From positions 744,001-808,000 of the forward strand of contig JAWMAR010000016.1 in assembly GCA_036785375.1 (NCBI GenBank): a stretch of 64,000 nt of DNA, given 5' to 3'. Below the pieces are notes generated by a model, which saw only the letters and a list, made by a program, of their open reading frames with translations, had not been told where the DNA came from and made no database searches. Made by a program: the position numbers and the translations under genes. Shown here in pieces: positions 38,053 to 49,710 of this stretch (position 1 is its first letter; each line of letters starts with the position of its first letter). The DNA is from Leucoraja ocellata. Its lineage: Eukaryota.

Positions 38053-39109
38053 TTGAGGTACCAGATATACTGCTTAAGTCAAGATGCTGAGCAAATCCAA
38101 GGCATGTCTTAACGTCTGATGATATCAAACTCTATTCAATCATATGGGACAGGATATTAGTATGGGTAATGTTAAACGGTTAACATGTGATGCATTTCCG
38201 TTAAAAGTATTGATGTTTAGGTATATGATAGCAAGGTAACAAGCCATTGTTAGCTGTTAGCTAGGTGAGAATGAGATGCTGGTGCGACTTGGTGGGGGAG
38301 GTATGGAGAGAGAGCGGGAAGTTAGATAAATCAATATTCATACCACTGGGTTGCAAGCAAAATATGAAATGCTGTTTCTCCAATTTGCATTTAGCCTCAC
38401 TCTGACAATGGAGGAGGCCTAGGACAGAAAGGTCAATGTGGGAATGGGAAGGGGAATACTGTCAACGCAGGCTTGATGGCCACTACTAGAGGTGAATTTC
38501 AGGATATAAAGTGCTATAGCTGTAATTTTCAGATTATTCCTGCCTTTCCCATCACATGAAATCTAATGCATCATCTTTACTTCATGATTTTAACTATCTT
38601 CATTATTATCCACAACTGAGCACTTCATGATCAATATAACAACTTGATATTTTTGATAAGTATAACATGCAAACTGCTTTTGTATTCATTTGGCATTGTC
38701 CATAAGCCAGACCATGAAAGCATAATAAGTAAATAGAGAATAAGCAAAATGATAGAAGTGACACATATCTATTTCATGTCATTTGCCTATCTCATTATGT
38801 TTTTTCGAATGAGTAAAATCAAAACAGAAAATGCTGTAAAAACACAGCTGGTCAGATAACATTTGTGGAAAGAGAAACAGGTAACATTTCAATTCAGTGG
38901 CCTTTCAATTCAACCTGGTATGCTAACTCTTATTTCTTTCTTCAAAGATGCTGCCTGACCTGCTGAGTATTTTTAACATTTTTTGGTTTTAATTTCAGTA
39001 TAACAAAACCTGCAGATTTTTGCCTTTTGACCTGATCATGGATGCAATGAGGTATTTTTAATTCCCTATTTAATTATTGGTGAATTAGAATATTAAACTA
39101 TTTGATTGA

Positions 39110-39798
39110 TCAAAAGATACAGCATGGAAATAAGGCCCTTTGGCCCACCAAGTCCAGGTTGACCATCGATCACTTGTTCACAATAGTTCAATGTCATTCC
39201 TCTTTCGCATCCAATGCAAACACACTGGAAACAATTAACCCACAAGGCCGCAGATCTTTGGGACCTAGAAGGAAACCGGAGCACCCAGAGGACACCACAC
39301 CATCACAGGGAAAACATGCAACTTCCACAATGCCAGAGATCTAGAATCAGACTTGGGTCTCTGGTGCTGTGTGAGACAATGACTCTACCAGCCAGGCCAC
39401 TATATTGCCCACATGAGATTCTTTCTCTGGAGTTGTGCACCAGACTGGTCCACTGAATATACTGTGAAGTCACAGAAGGTCAGGTAACATTTGTGGTAAG
39501 AGAAATGGAGATAACATTTCAATTCTTTGACATTTCAAATCAACCAGCACCAGAGACCCAGATTCAATCCTGATTAGAGTGCTGTCTGTACAGAATTTGT
39601 ACGTTCTCCCTGTGACCGCGTGGGTTTTCTTCATGTGCTCCGGTTTCCTCCCACACTCCAAAGCTGTGCAGAGTTTGTAGGTTAATTGGCTTTAGTAAAT
39701 TGTCCTTAGTAAATAGGATGTTAGCGTACAGGGATCGCTGGTTGGCAAGAACCTGGTGGGCCGAAGATCCTGTTTCCGTGCTGTATCTGTAAACTAAA
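39110..39798. mobile_element. Two V-SINEs in opposite orientation (39110-39410 minus; 39545-39798 plus)
   Basis: V-domain and tail in both copies. Confidence 0.75.
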
Positions 39799-40394
39799 AT
39801 AAAAACTGTAATAGTTACCAACTCTCACTGCTCCAGCAGCACTGTTTAACATTCCTTGTAATCATCAATTTTTGATTCACAATGCATATGATCTACAGAT
39901 TTCAGTGATTATTAAGTAACGATGCCTTAAGCATCCTCTAATCATGTTACAATGTGCTATGGTCTGCGATGAATTTCCTATTTGTGCCTGCTTTCACTCT
40001 GGGATTCAGCAGCTGTAGTAATTGGTTTTAATAGATTATAACTAGCATAATCAAGGCATATTCAAGCAGTTTCCAATGTCCTTCCTTCCTCTGCACTCCC
40101 TTTGCACATCAGCTAACTGTGAAACGGAACAAATGTCTCACTGTTTTTAATTACACCTCTTTCTCACACACCAACCTCTCCATTTAGATTACCATTGCAT
40201 CCTTTAGGGCGCTCATCTGTTTTGACCTGAATGGTGATTAATAGCTGATTACTATTCACCGTGAGAACCTTCTTCTGAAGACAATTCCTGACATCTGTCT
40301 CAAACTATTCCTTTTCCTCATAGTTTCCCATTTAATTGAAGTGTGTCCCAAGCATTGATTCTCATGAGTAGGCGACCAATAAGACACATTAGAT

Positions 40395-40680
40395 ACAGCA
40401 GCAGAGTTGCTGCTTTACAGTGCCAGAGACCCCGATCCTGACTACGAGTGCTGCTGTATGGAGATTTTAATGTTAGCACCGTGACCTGCTTGGGTTTTCT
40501 CCAGGTTCTCTGGTTACTTTCCACAATCCAGACAAATAGGTCTGTACAATAATTGGCTCAGTAAAGTTCTAAATTGTCCTTAGTGTGTGTAGGATAGTGT
40601 TAGTGTGCGGGGATCACTAGTCGACGCAGACTCGGTGGGCTGGAGGACCTGTTTCCGTGCTGTATCTCTAAATCAAATTA
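40395..40680 (+). mobile_element. V-SINE
   Basis: Head remnant, V-domain and tail. Confidence 0.8.
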
Positions 40681-41490
40681 AACATAGGAGCAGAATTAGG
40701 CCATTCGGCCCATCAAATCTTTTCCACCATTTGATCATGGCTTATCTATCTCCCCCTCTCAACCTCATTCTCCTGCTTTTCCCCCCATACCTTTGACACC
40801 CTTACTAATCAAGAACCTATCAATCTCGCTTTAAAAATATTTTACCTAATGTCTTGATCTCCACAGCCATCTGTGGCAATGAACTCCACAGATTCACCAC
40901 CCAATGGCTAAAGAAATTTCTCCTCATCTCAATTCTGAAGATACGTCCTGGCACATCCTTCCTCAGATTTGGAGCCTAAAACTGCTCACAATATTCCAAA
41001 TGACATATTAGTCAAGATCGACAGGGTGACCTGTATGTGACTTGTATGACAGTTTAAATATCAACACCAAATTCAACCATATCTTTATATGAGACCAAAC
41101 ACAGATACATAAAATATTTTGATGTAACAAATATGCCTGGCATTTTTTCCCTATGTGTATGTAAATGTTCCTTTTGAAATTCAGTGCAATCAATTGTTAA
41201 AATGAACATCTGTTTAGCACAAAATTGTTTCTTCTTAACAATGGATGATGGCACAACATAGAATTACTACCTATTCTGCACATATCTGGTTGGTTTTACA
41301 GATACATGGTTAATGTAATCACTAACAAGATGTTTGGCTGAACTTGCAGCATATATTTGCTTAAGGATATCGGTGAGTTTATTAAAACCTATTTGATAAC
41401 CGTTGTGCCAAAATATAACTAAATTATGTTGCCCTACGATAAAAAGCACAAAGTACTCGTTCTGGCCCAGTAGAAGTATAATGGCTATCC

Positions 41491-41726
41491 TGTGGCGCCA
41501 CCAGGTGGTTAGGCCACCTGTATTTGAACCGTTGGCAGTTGGGGGTAGGGTCACGTGACTGGGTAATGGCAGGAAGCAGTTGTCACGAGGTTTAGGGGTG
41601 TTCCCTAGTATAAGTATGGAGCCCTGGGTCAGCCCTCCACCATTCACGTGTGTGTTGATCTCTTTACCAGAGCAATAAAGTTCTCTTTGTTTTCACCAGG
41701 CGTGGCTCGTTAATTTGCCCACCATA
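41491..41726 (+). mobile_element. 5' LTR of a Gypsy (CsRn1-type) retrotransposon
   Basis: Starts TGT; TATAAG at 41609; AATAAA at 41674-79; directly followed by PBS TGGTGACTCCGA (41728-39), close to the tRNA-Trp complement TGGTGACCCCGA. Confidence 0.75.
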
Positions 41727-41770
41727 TTGGTGACTCCGATGATCAAAATCGGTCATTTTGGATTTCAAAC

Positions 41771-42490
41771 ATGTTTGCAGCCAATGACCAACCTCAACAG
41801 CCCGAGGTTGCCAACATTCCAGCCCTGCAGAACGCTGTGTCCCTGAAGCTGCCCGTGTTCTGGACATGGAGTGGTTCCAACAAGCCAAGGCCCAGTTCCA
41901 CGTTCAGCGCATCACAGCTGATGACACCCAGTATTAATATGCGGTCGGAGCGTTGGATCAGGAGACGGTTGGTCACCTGGTCCCTTTCCTCCGCACGCAG
42001 CCAGATCAGGACAAATATGAGGGCCTTAAAGCGCTGCTTTTGCAGACCTTTGGGCTCAGTGCGGCTCCTACACATGGGCGGTCTCGGCGAACGCAAGCCG
42101 CCGGAGCTGATGAGCGAGATGCCCACCCTAATGGACGGTCATCGCCCCTGCCTGCTCTTTGAGCACGTTTTCCTGGAGCAGATGTCAGACGACACCCGCC
42201 TGCTGCTCGCCGGTGAGGATTTCGCGGACCCCCTGTTGCTAGCAGAGCGCACGATTAATCCAGTCGGAGTAGTGCCTTGGAAGGCCCAGAAACCAGGCCC
42301 TGCACCCACCGGGATTCCAGCTGCGCCGCCTGTCCCAAACGACTCGGGGAAGTGGAAGTGGTTTTTTCCGCCAGCGCTGGGGCCCCACACCCCGTCAGTG
42401 CTGCCCACCCTGCTCGTTTCCGGGAAACGCCAAGGCCAGTCGCCAGTAGTCGCAGTGGCGGTCGGCCTAAAACATCACCTCCTTTGGTGG
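41771..42490 (+). pseudogene. Frameshifted gag and start of pol of a CsRn1-type Gypsy element
   Basis: AVSLKLPVFW..WFQQAKAQF..DKYEGLKALLLQTFGLS..LGERKPPELMSEM..LFEHVFLEQM across frames; C-terminal QRWG..RQCCPPCSFPGN with stop at 42447-49. Confidence 0.8.
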
Positions 42491-43586
42491 TGGTGGAGGC
42501 AGATACAGTAGTGACATTTCAGAGGCTTTTAGATAGACACATGGATGCGCAGGGAATGGAGGGACTGGATCATGTGCAGGCAGATGAGATTAGTTTGGCT
42601 TGGCATCATGTTTGGCAAGGACATTGGGGGCTGAAGGGCCTGTTCCTCTACTGTAATTTTCTACCTTCTATCATCTTTTGTCAAAGCTTTGGAACGAATA
42701 AAGAAAAACAATTCCAGAGTACATGAGAGGACAGAAAAGGTGGGTTGTTGTCCTGAAAGAAAGTTGCAGAGACTTAATAGAGGTGTTCAATAGTAATTAG
42801 AAGACTTGGATATATGGTGATTGAAAAAAGAACCAGGGGCTGTGGGGGGCAAATTAATTTGGACAAGGAGTTGTTGTGCTGTTAAATCCACTGCCTGGGA
42901 GGGAGATGAAGTAGACCCAGTAGCAACCTTTAAAAGTAAATTGAGCACGAACTTGGAACAGAAAATATTGCTAGTTTATGGGGAGTAAGATTAATTTGAG
43001 CATCTTCTGAATAATTCACACATATATGAATGATAAATGGCCTTCATATGTGTTCTATGATTATCTCATTCTATAAAGAGTGAACTAATTGAAAATATAA
43101 TTTTAACAATTTAGAGAATGAAACCTACACTAAAACATATAATGACTTCCAGATGAAACTACTGACTAATGTCACTTAGGAGCATTTTCCTTCCTACAAC
43201 CATCAGGCTATTAAACACTTCAACATCTAAACACTCTTGACTTGACAATATGTCAGTAATACTAGTTTCTTCGTGATTTTCTATTAACATCTTTGCTACC
43301 AAATTATAAATGTTGATGAGTAGATTATATTTGTGTTTGAATATCCTGGTTAGGGTAGTGATTCAGATCACGTATTGTCAGAGGAAGACATGGTCTAAAT
43401 GGAAACCATTGTTAGAATTTTATGTGATGGAGGTAATTCTAATGTTGGCAGTCGACCTGTTTCCCGAGTGTCAGTTATCCCTATTTCTTTGTATAGGAAT
43501 GAATTGCATATGCTGGTTTACACCAAAGATAGACACAAAAAGCTGGAGTAACTCAGCAGGTCAGGCAGCATCTCTGGAGAAAAGGT

Positions 43587-43614
43587 GACGTTTCGGATCA
43601 AGACCCTTCTTCAG
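43587..43614 (-). ncRNA. Minimal type I hammerhead ribozyme motif, best-preserved core I found
   Basis: Minus strand CUGAAGA-A-GGGU-CUUG-AUCC-GAAA-CG-UC: intact core, helix II with one G-U pair, palindromic ACGU helix III and GUC triplet. Confidence 0.7.
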
Positions 43615-43716
43615 ACTGCAATAGGTGATGTTTCGGGTTGAGACTCTTCTTCAGTCTGACGAAGAGTCTCAACCCAAATGGTCGCCTATTCCATTTCTCC
43701 AGAGATGCCTGACACC

Positions 43717-43949
43717 TTGGGCGTCATTTGCGCGTCATTTATGCGACATCATTTACGACACACGACATGAGCGCCGTAAAGCGCACATGATGCGCGCAAG
43801 GCTGCATTATGCGCGCATGGCGTGTGGTGAGGCGTGGTGATGTAGGCAGTGATGTGCGATCGCGCGCAACGCCCAGGATTTTGGGATTCACAAAATCTTT
43901 GCGCGCCACCTGCGTGCCTCGCAAATGACACCCACGTGGGACAGGCCCT
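43717..43949. mobile_element. CpG-rich PIF/Harbinger MITE inserted at TTA of a Penelope-derived unit
   Basis: Right end cgcaaatgacacccacgtgggacaggccct followed by TTA; left sub-terminal tgggcgtcatttgcg; host resumes ctccagc. Confidence 0.65.
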
Positions 43950-44859
43950 TTACTCCAGCTTTTTGTGTTGATCTTCTCTCTATTCCTTTTCTGCCTAACA
44001 ATGATCACACCAGTGGATTAACGACTATGCTAACACAGCAGATTTTTCCAACTATGCTGATCTGGGCTTTGTGCCAAATAATGTTCAGGCACTAAACTCA
44101 TTTTAAATGGAATACACAAGTTCACTGTTCATTCTCCAGTTCTGCCCACTAATTTTAATGCCATTAATAATTTACTAAATTTTAATGGTGGAATTTTCAT
44201 CAAGCTAGAGAATCCCTGAAATTGTATACCTCTGGAAATTTATTTCTAATTCCATGAAGAAACCTTTTCTCAAATGCTTTTGCTTCCAGAATACAAATTG
44301 TAATGTGAGTTTTATTAACATCAATCATTTTAGTTTAGATAGACACAAAATGCTGGAGTAACTCGGCGGGTTTAGGCTGCATCTCTGGTAAAAAGGAGTT
44401 TCTTCAGACTGGTTTAGTTTAGTTAACTTTAGACATACAGCATAGACACAGGCACAACGGGTCCATGCCGACCATCATTCACCCATTCCTACAAGTTCCA
44501 TGTGTAGGAAGGAACTTGTAGATGCTGGTTTAAACTGCAGATAGACACAAAAAGCTGGAGTAACTCAGCGGGACAGGCAGCATTCCTGGAGAGAAGGAAT
44601 GGGTGACATTTCGGCTCGAGACCCTTCTTCAGCCTCTTGACCCAAATAATGTTATCCATGTTGTTATTGCCCAGCATAGTTTTATCCATTTCTCTGCATG
44701 CAGAACTGAGGCACAAAAATAGATAAAATCAATTAACTACCCAGCACCTTATAAATGCTGAAAAATGTGATGAAACTGACGATGTGTTCACAATAAAAAT
44801 GTAAAATAAGAATTAAAAAGAACTCAGAATAAGTTCATATGTGTGCATGTTTTAAAGCT

Positions 44860-45070
44860 CCCCCCACTCCGCATCCGACCTTCCTGGCCTGGGCCCCCTC
44901 TATGGCCAGAGTGAGTCTCGCCACAAATTGGAGGAGCAGCACCTCATATTTCGCTTGGTGATTTACACCCCAGCGGTACGAACTTCTCCAATTTCAGGTA
45001 GTCCTTGCTTTCTCCCTCCTTCTCCTCCTCTTCCCAGCTCTCCCACAGCCCACTGTCACCGCCTCTTCCT
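44860..45070 (+). mobile_element. Penelope-like GIY-YIG C-terminal fragment
   Basis: QSESRHKLEEQHLIFRL.. Confidence 0.7.
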
Positions 45071-46124
45071 TTATTCTTACAGGTGGTGTGGATATTAATA
45101 GTAACATCCAAACCACTGTCACATAGATATATGGCTTAAAGATCTTCTTGCCTATGGAGGGAGTAGATTTATCTCCTTTTTACCAATTAATTAATCAGGC
45201 ATGTTGACTGGTTGCATCGCTGCCTGGTTCGGCAACTTGAATGCCCAGAAGGGAAGAAGACTGCAAAACGTGTGAACACTGCCCAGTCCATCACGGGACC
45301 CGACCTCTTCTATGGCATGGTGACTGACCAAAGTTTCTAGAGGTCGTCAGATTGACATTGTTTCCATCTCATGGTGTGAGTTTCCCTTCCGTTGAGTGTT
45401 AACACAGCTGACTGGATCTTACTGCTAGCTGATTAATTTTGTGTCACAGACCCATAAATGAGGTGATTTTTAGTGACCAAGATATAAACCATACATCTGA
45501 AATATGATTTTCAGAAGATTACTGTAAAGAGCAGTACAGAATGTTCATAAAACATCAGGTACAAGATGACAGAGCATAAGGATAAAATTAGCTGTAATAC
45601 GTGGAATGGGATATGACTTTTCAAATTCCGGGTGGTGTAACGGAAGGTTAGATGCAGAGAAAAGTAAGCCATGATGAAAGAGAACTGAAGGATCAAAATA
45701 GCTGTAAATCACAGGAGGTAATACGACTTATCTACGTGCGTGCGTCTGGACTGACCATCAGTCTCTGTCTCTTTCTCAGTATTCAGTATTTACTTTAATG
45801 TCATTTTAACGGAGTACTTACATACACAGAAGAAACAAAAAAAATGTTTCTCAATCAGTTCCCTTCAGTGCAGTTAAATAAAAACAGAATAAATACATAT
45901 AGCTTTAAAATTAAAATTAACATATCTAAAATAGGCCTAATAATTGAAATAAAAACAGACATTCAGACAGAACAGTGGCTTTGCTTTGACAGGTGCCTAG
46001 CTGTCAAAGTATGGGCGAGGTTAGATGTGTTGGTGTATGATATATGGGGAGGGGACACAGTCCGTTAACCAGTCTTATTGCCTGTGGAAAGAAGCTGTGT
46101 AGCATCCTGCTGGATTTGCACACG

Positions 46125-46307
46125 TTCTCTCACACGTGTCGGGTCGGGTCAGGTTGGGTGCGGCAGATCGGGTTGGTTGGAGTTTTGTTTACATCCCCAC
46201 ATGACACTTGCTATCCATGCCAAGTTTGGTCCAGATCTGTAAAGTAGTTTCCGAGATTCTCGTGCGGACACACAGACAGACAGACCTCTTTGTTTTATAA
46301 ATATAGA
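46125..46307 (-). mobile_element. Probable Helitron 5' terminus (non-autonomous)
   Basis: Minus strand begins A|TCTATATTTATAAAAC followed by a (GTCT)n microsatellite; no 3' CTRR end found. Confidence 0.45.
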
Positions 46308-46856
46308 TGCAGCTGACAGCACCGTAGTCGGGATCAATTGCAAGAATTCCTTTTTTTATTCCTATCATCCTATGTTTTTTTTACAGTTATGTTTTAGTTA
46401 TTAGTTTTAGTGTTAAAGATACAGGATGGAAACAGGCAACTGTTTGTCTCTAATTGAGACAATGACAATAAATTAGAATACAATACAAAACTGCAGCCCA
46501 TCATGTTCATGCCGACTATCGATCACCTGTCCACACTGGTTCTATGTTATCCCACTTTCTCATCCACTCCCTACACACTAGGGGAAATTTTACAGAGGCA
46601 AAATAACCTGAAAACCTGCACTTCTTTAGGATGTACCCAGTGGAAATTGTATCCTAAATAATTATTTTTAACAAATCCAGATATCAATTTATACTGTTCA
46701 AGAAGGAACTGCAGATGCTGGAAGATCGAAGGTACACAAAAATGCTGGAGAAACTCAGCGGGTGCAGCAGCATCTATGGAGCGAAGGAAATAGGTGACGT
46801 TTCGGGCCTTCTTCCCTTCTTCAGACTTTCTGATCGCTTTTGTGGTAAAGAAATCT

Positions 46857-48130
46857 AATAATAATAATAATAATAATAATAATATATTTTATTGTCATTA
46901 CACGTCAGTGCAATGAGATTTAGTATGCAGCTCCAACCGATGAAAAAGACAAGTAAAATAAATAAATAAGCTGTGTGTCGTGACCATCCGAGGGAGACAG
47001 TCCGGGGGGGTGGGGGGCACTCAGCAGGGCCGGTTCCGAGCCGCTATAGCTCTTGGAATAAAGCTGTTTCTGAGTCTGGAGGTTCGGGCGTAGAAGGCCT
47101 TGTAACGTCTGCCGGAGGGAAGTAGTTCAAACAGTCCGTTACAGGGGTGTGATGAGTCTTTATGAATGCTGACGGCCTTCCTGAGGCACCGTGTGTGGTA
47201 GATGCCCTCCAAGGCTGGTAGCTCTATCCCAATAATCCTCTGCGCTCTGTGGACGACGCGCTGAAGAGCTCTCCTCTCCGCCTCCGTGCAGCTGAGATAC
47301 CACACAGAGATGCCATACGTTAATATGCTCTCTGTGGTGCAGCGGTAGAACGTTGTCAGCAACTGTTGGGGCAGACCAGTCTTTTTTAATGTCCTCAGGA
47401 AGAACAGTCGTTGCTGTGCCTTCTTGACCAGCGCAACGGTGTTGGTGGACCATGTGAGGTCCTCTGAAATGTGAGTACCCAGAAACTTAAAGCTGGACAC
47501 TCTCTCCACACTCTCCCCGTAAATGGAGATTGGGGCATATTCTCCGGAAGTCAATAATCAGCTCCTTGGTCTTGGAGGTGTTTAGTGGCAAGTTGTTGCG
47601 TGTGCACCAGTCCGCCAGGTTCTGCACCTCCGCCCTGTATTTTGTTTCATCACCGTTGGTGATCAGCCCAATCACTGTTGTGTCGTCTGCAAACTTCACG
47701 ATGGTGTTGGTGTCGAATACAGGAACACAGTCGTGAGTGAAGAGGGAGTAGAGCATGGGGCTTAGTACACAGCCCTGTGGTGTGCCGGTGCTCAGGGTGA
47801 TAGTGGAGGACAGGTGCGGGCCCAGTCTCACTGCCTGCGGTCGCTCCGTCAGAAAGTTCAGGATCCAATCGCATATCGGCGAGCTGAGGCCTAGCTGGTG
47901 GAGTTTGGTGGTGAGCTTGGTGGGGATGACCGTATTGAATGCAGAGCTATAGTAAACGAAGAGCATCCTCACGTACGTGCCCTGTCTGTCCAGGTGAGTC
48001 AGGACAGTGTGAAGAGCCAGAGAGATGGCATCCTCTGTTGATCTATTTGCCCTGTATGCAAATTGATGAGAGTCCAGTGAGGCAGGGATGCTGGATTTGA
48101 TACGGGAGAGAACCAGCCTTTCGAAGCACC
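46857..48130 (-). mobile_element. Rex1/Babar LINE, 5'-truncated, RT domain to 3' end with (ATT)n tail
   Basis: [53 protein letters not shown]; frameshift near 47540; C-terminus FLGTHISEDLTW..LPSGRRY..SFIPRAI. Confidence 0.92.
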
Positions 48131-48729
48131 ATTCAAAGCATCTTGCTTTATAAATGTATTTTTGTGAAATAATAAGAATAAAGTTAATTTGGGTACAAAT
48201 CAATTTAACAATTGGTACCATTCTGTAGGTTTTGACATATGTTCATTCCATCTGTCAGAAGTCTACTTTAATGAAAGCTTTTTAAATTATTTAAGTGATT
48301 TTGCTGCCGTCTGCCACTAACTATCATTTTGATGTCTGCAGTTACAATGTTATTAGAGCATAAAGAGGTTAGCTCAGCCATTATACATGACTTACAGTCA
48401 ATCAAAGATCTTTGACATCTATGGCCATTTATGTGATATGATTCAAGATTCAAGAGAGTTTATTGTCATGTGTCCCAGATAGAACAAGGAAATTCAGCAC
48501 AACAGAATATGAAAGACATGAATACAGAACAGATCAGTGTGTCCATACACCATTGTATAAATATATACACACATGAATAAATAAAACAGATAAAGTGCAA
48601 ATAAACAGATAATGGGCTATTAATGTTCAGAGTTTTGTTTGAGTTGAGGTCAATAGCCTGATGGTTGTGGGGAAGAAGCTGTTTCTGAACCTTTGGTTCA
48701 GATTTGCCTATCACATTTGACCATTCTGA

Positions 48730-49295
48730 ATAGACAATAGGTGCAGTAGTAGGCCATTCGGCCCTTCGAGTCAGCACTGCCATTCACTGTGATCATGGCT
48801 GATCTTCCGCAATCAGTAGCCCGTTCTTGCCTTCTCCCCATAACCCATGACTCCGCTATCTTTAAGAGTTCTAACTAACTCTCTCTTGAAAGCATCCAGA
48901 GAATTGGCCTCCACTGCCTTCTGAGGCCGAGAATTCCACAGATTCACAACTCTTGGGGTGAAAACGTTTTTCCTCATCTCCGTTCTAAATGCCCAACCCC
49001 TTATTCTTAAACTGTGTGGCCCCTGGATCTGAATTCCCCCAACATTGGGAACCGGTTTCCTGCCTCTAACATGTCCAATCCCTTAATAATCTTATATGTT
49101 TCAATAAGATTCCCTCTCATCCTAAATTCCAGAGTATACAAGCCCAGCCACTCTATTCTTTCAACATATGACAGTCCCGCCATCCCAGGAATTAAACTCG
49201 TGATCTCGTACACTGCAGTCCCTCAATAGCAAGAATGTCCTTCCTCAAATTTGGAGACCAAAACTCCACACTATATTCCAGGTGTGGTCTCATTG
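48730..49295 (-). mobile_element. CR1 LINE 3' fragment
   Basis: LIPGMAGLSYVERIEWLGLYTLEFRMRGNLIETYKIIKGLD. Confidence 0.85.
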
Positions 49296-49399
49296 ACCCC
49301 TAAATGTATCATGGGGTGTCCCAGTGAATGTTCTTCCAAAACACTGACCATAAACTAGTACTTTGTTTTGCTACAATATATTGAATACTGACCCAGTTC

Positions 49400-49710
49400 T
49401 CCCCTTCCACCTCTGGCTTCACAAATCTCACGTCTTCCATCTTTATCTCACACTTTTTGTCTCTTCATTTGTCCTTTGTGCAACCATCTACCTATCAACC
49501 CCCGCCCTTCTGCATCCACCCATCACTTACCAGGATTTGTCATGCATCCACCTCTCTTCTAGCATTTTTCCCTCCCCCCATATTCAATCTGAAGAAGGGT
49601 CTCAACCCAAAATAGCACCTATCCATGTTCTCCGGAGATGCTGCCTGACCCGCTGACTTACTCCCACAGTTTGTGTCTTTTTTTTTGTTGACCAGCATCT
49701 GCAGTTCCAT
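49400..49710 (+). mobile_element. Penelope-like 3' UTR with hammerhead core
   Basis: aatctgaagaagggtctcaacccaaaat...ccagcatctgcagttcc. Confidence 0.7.
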
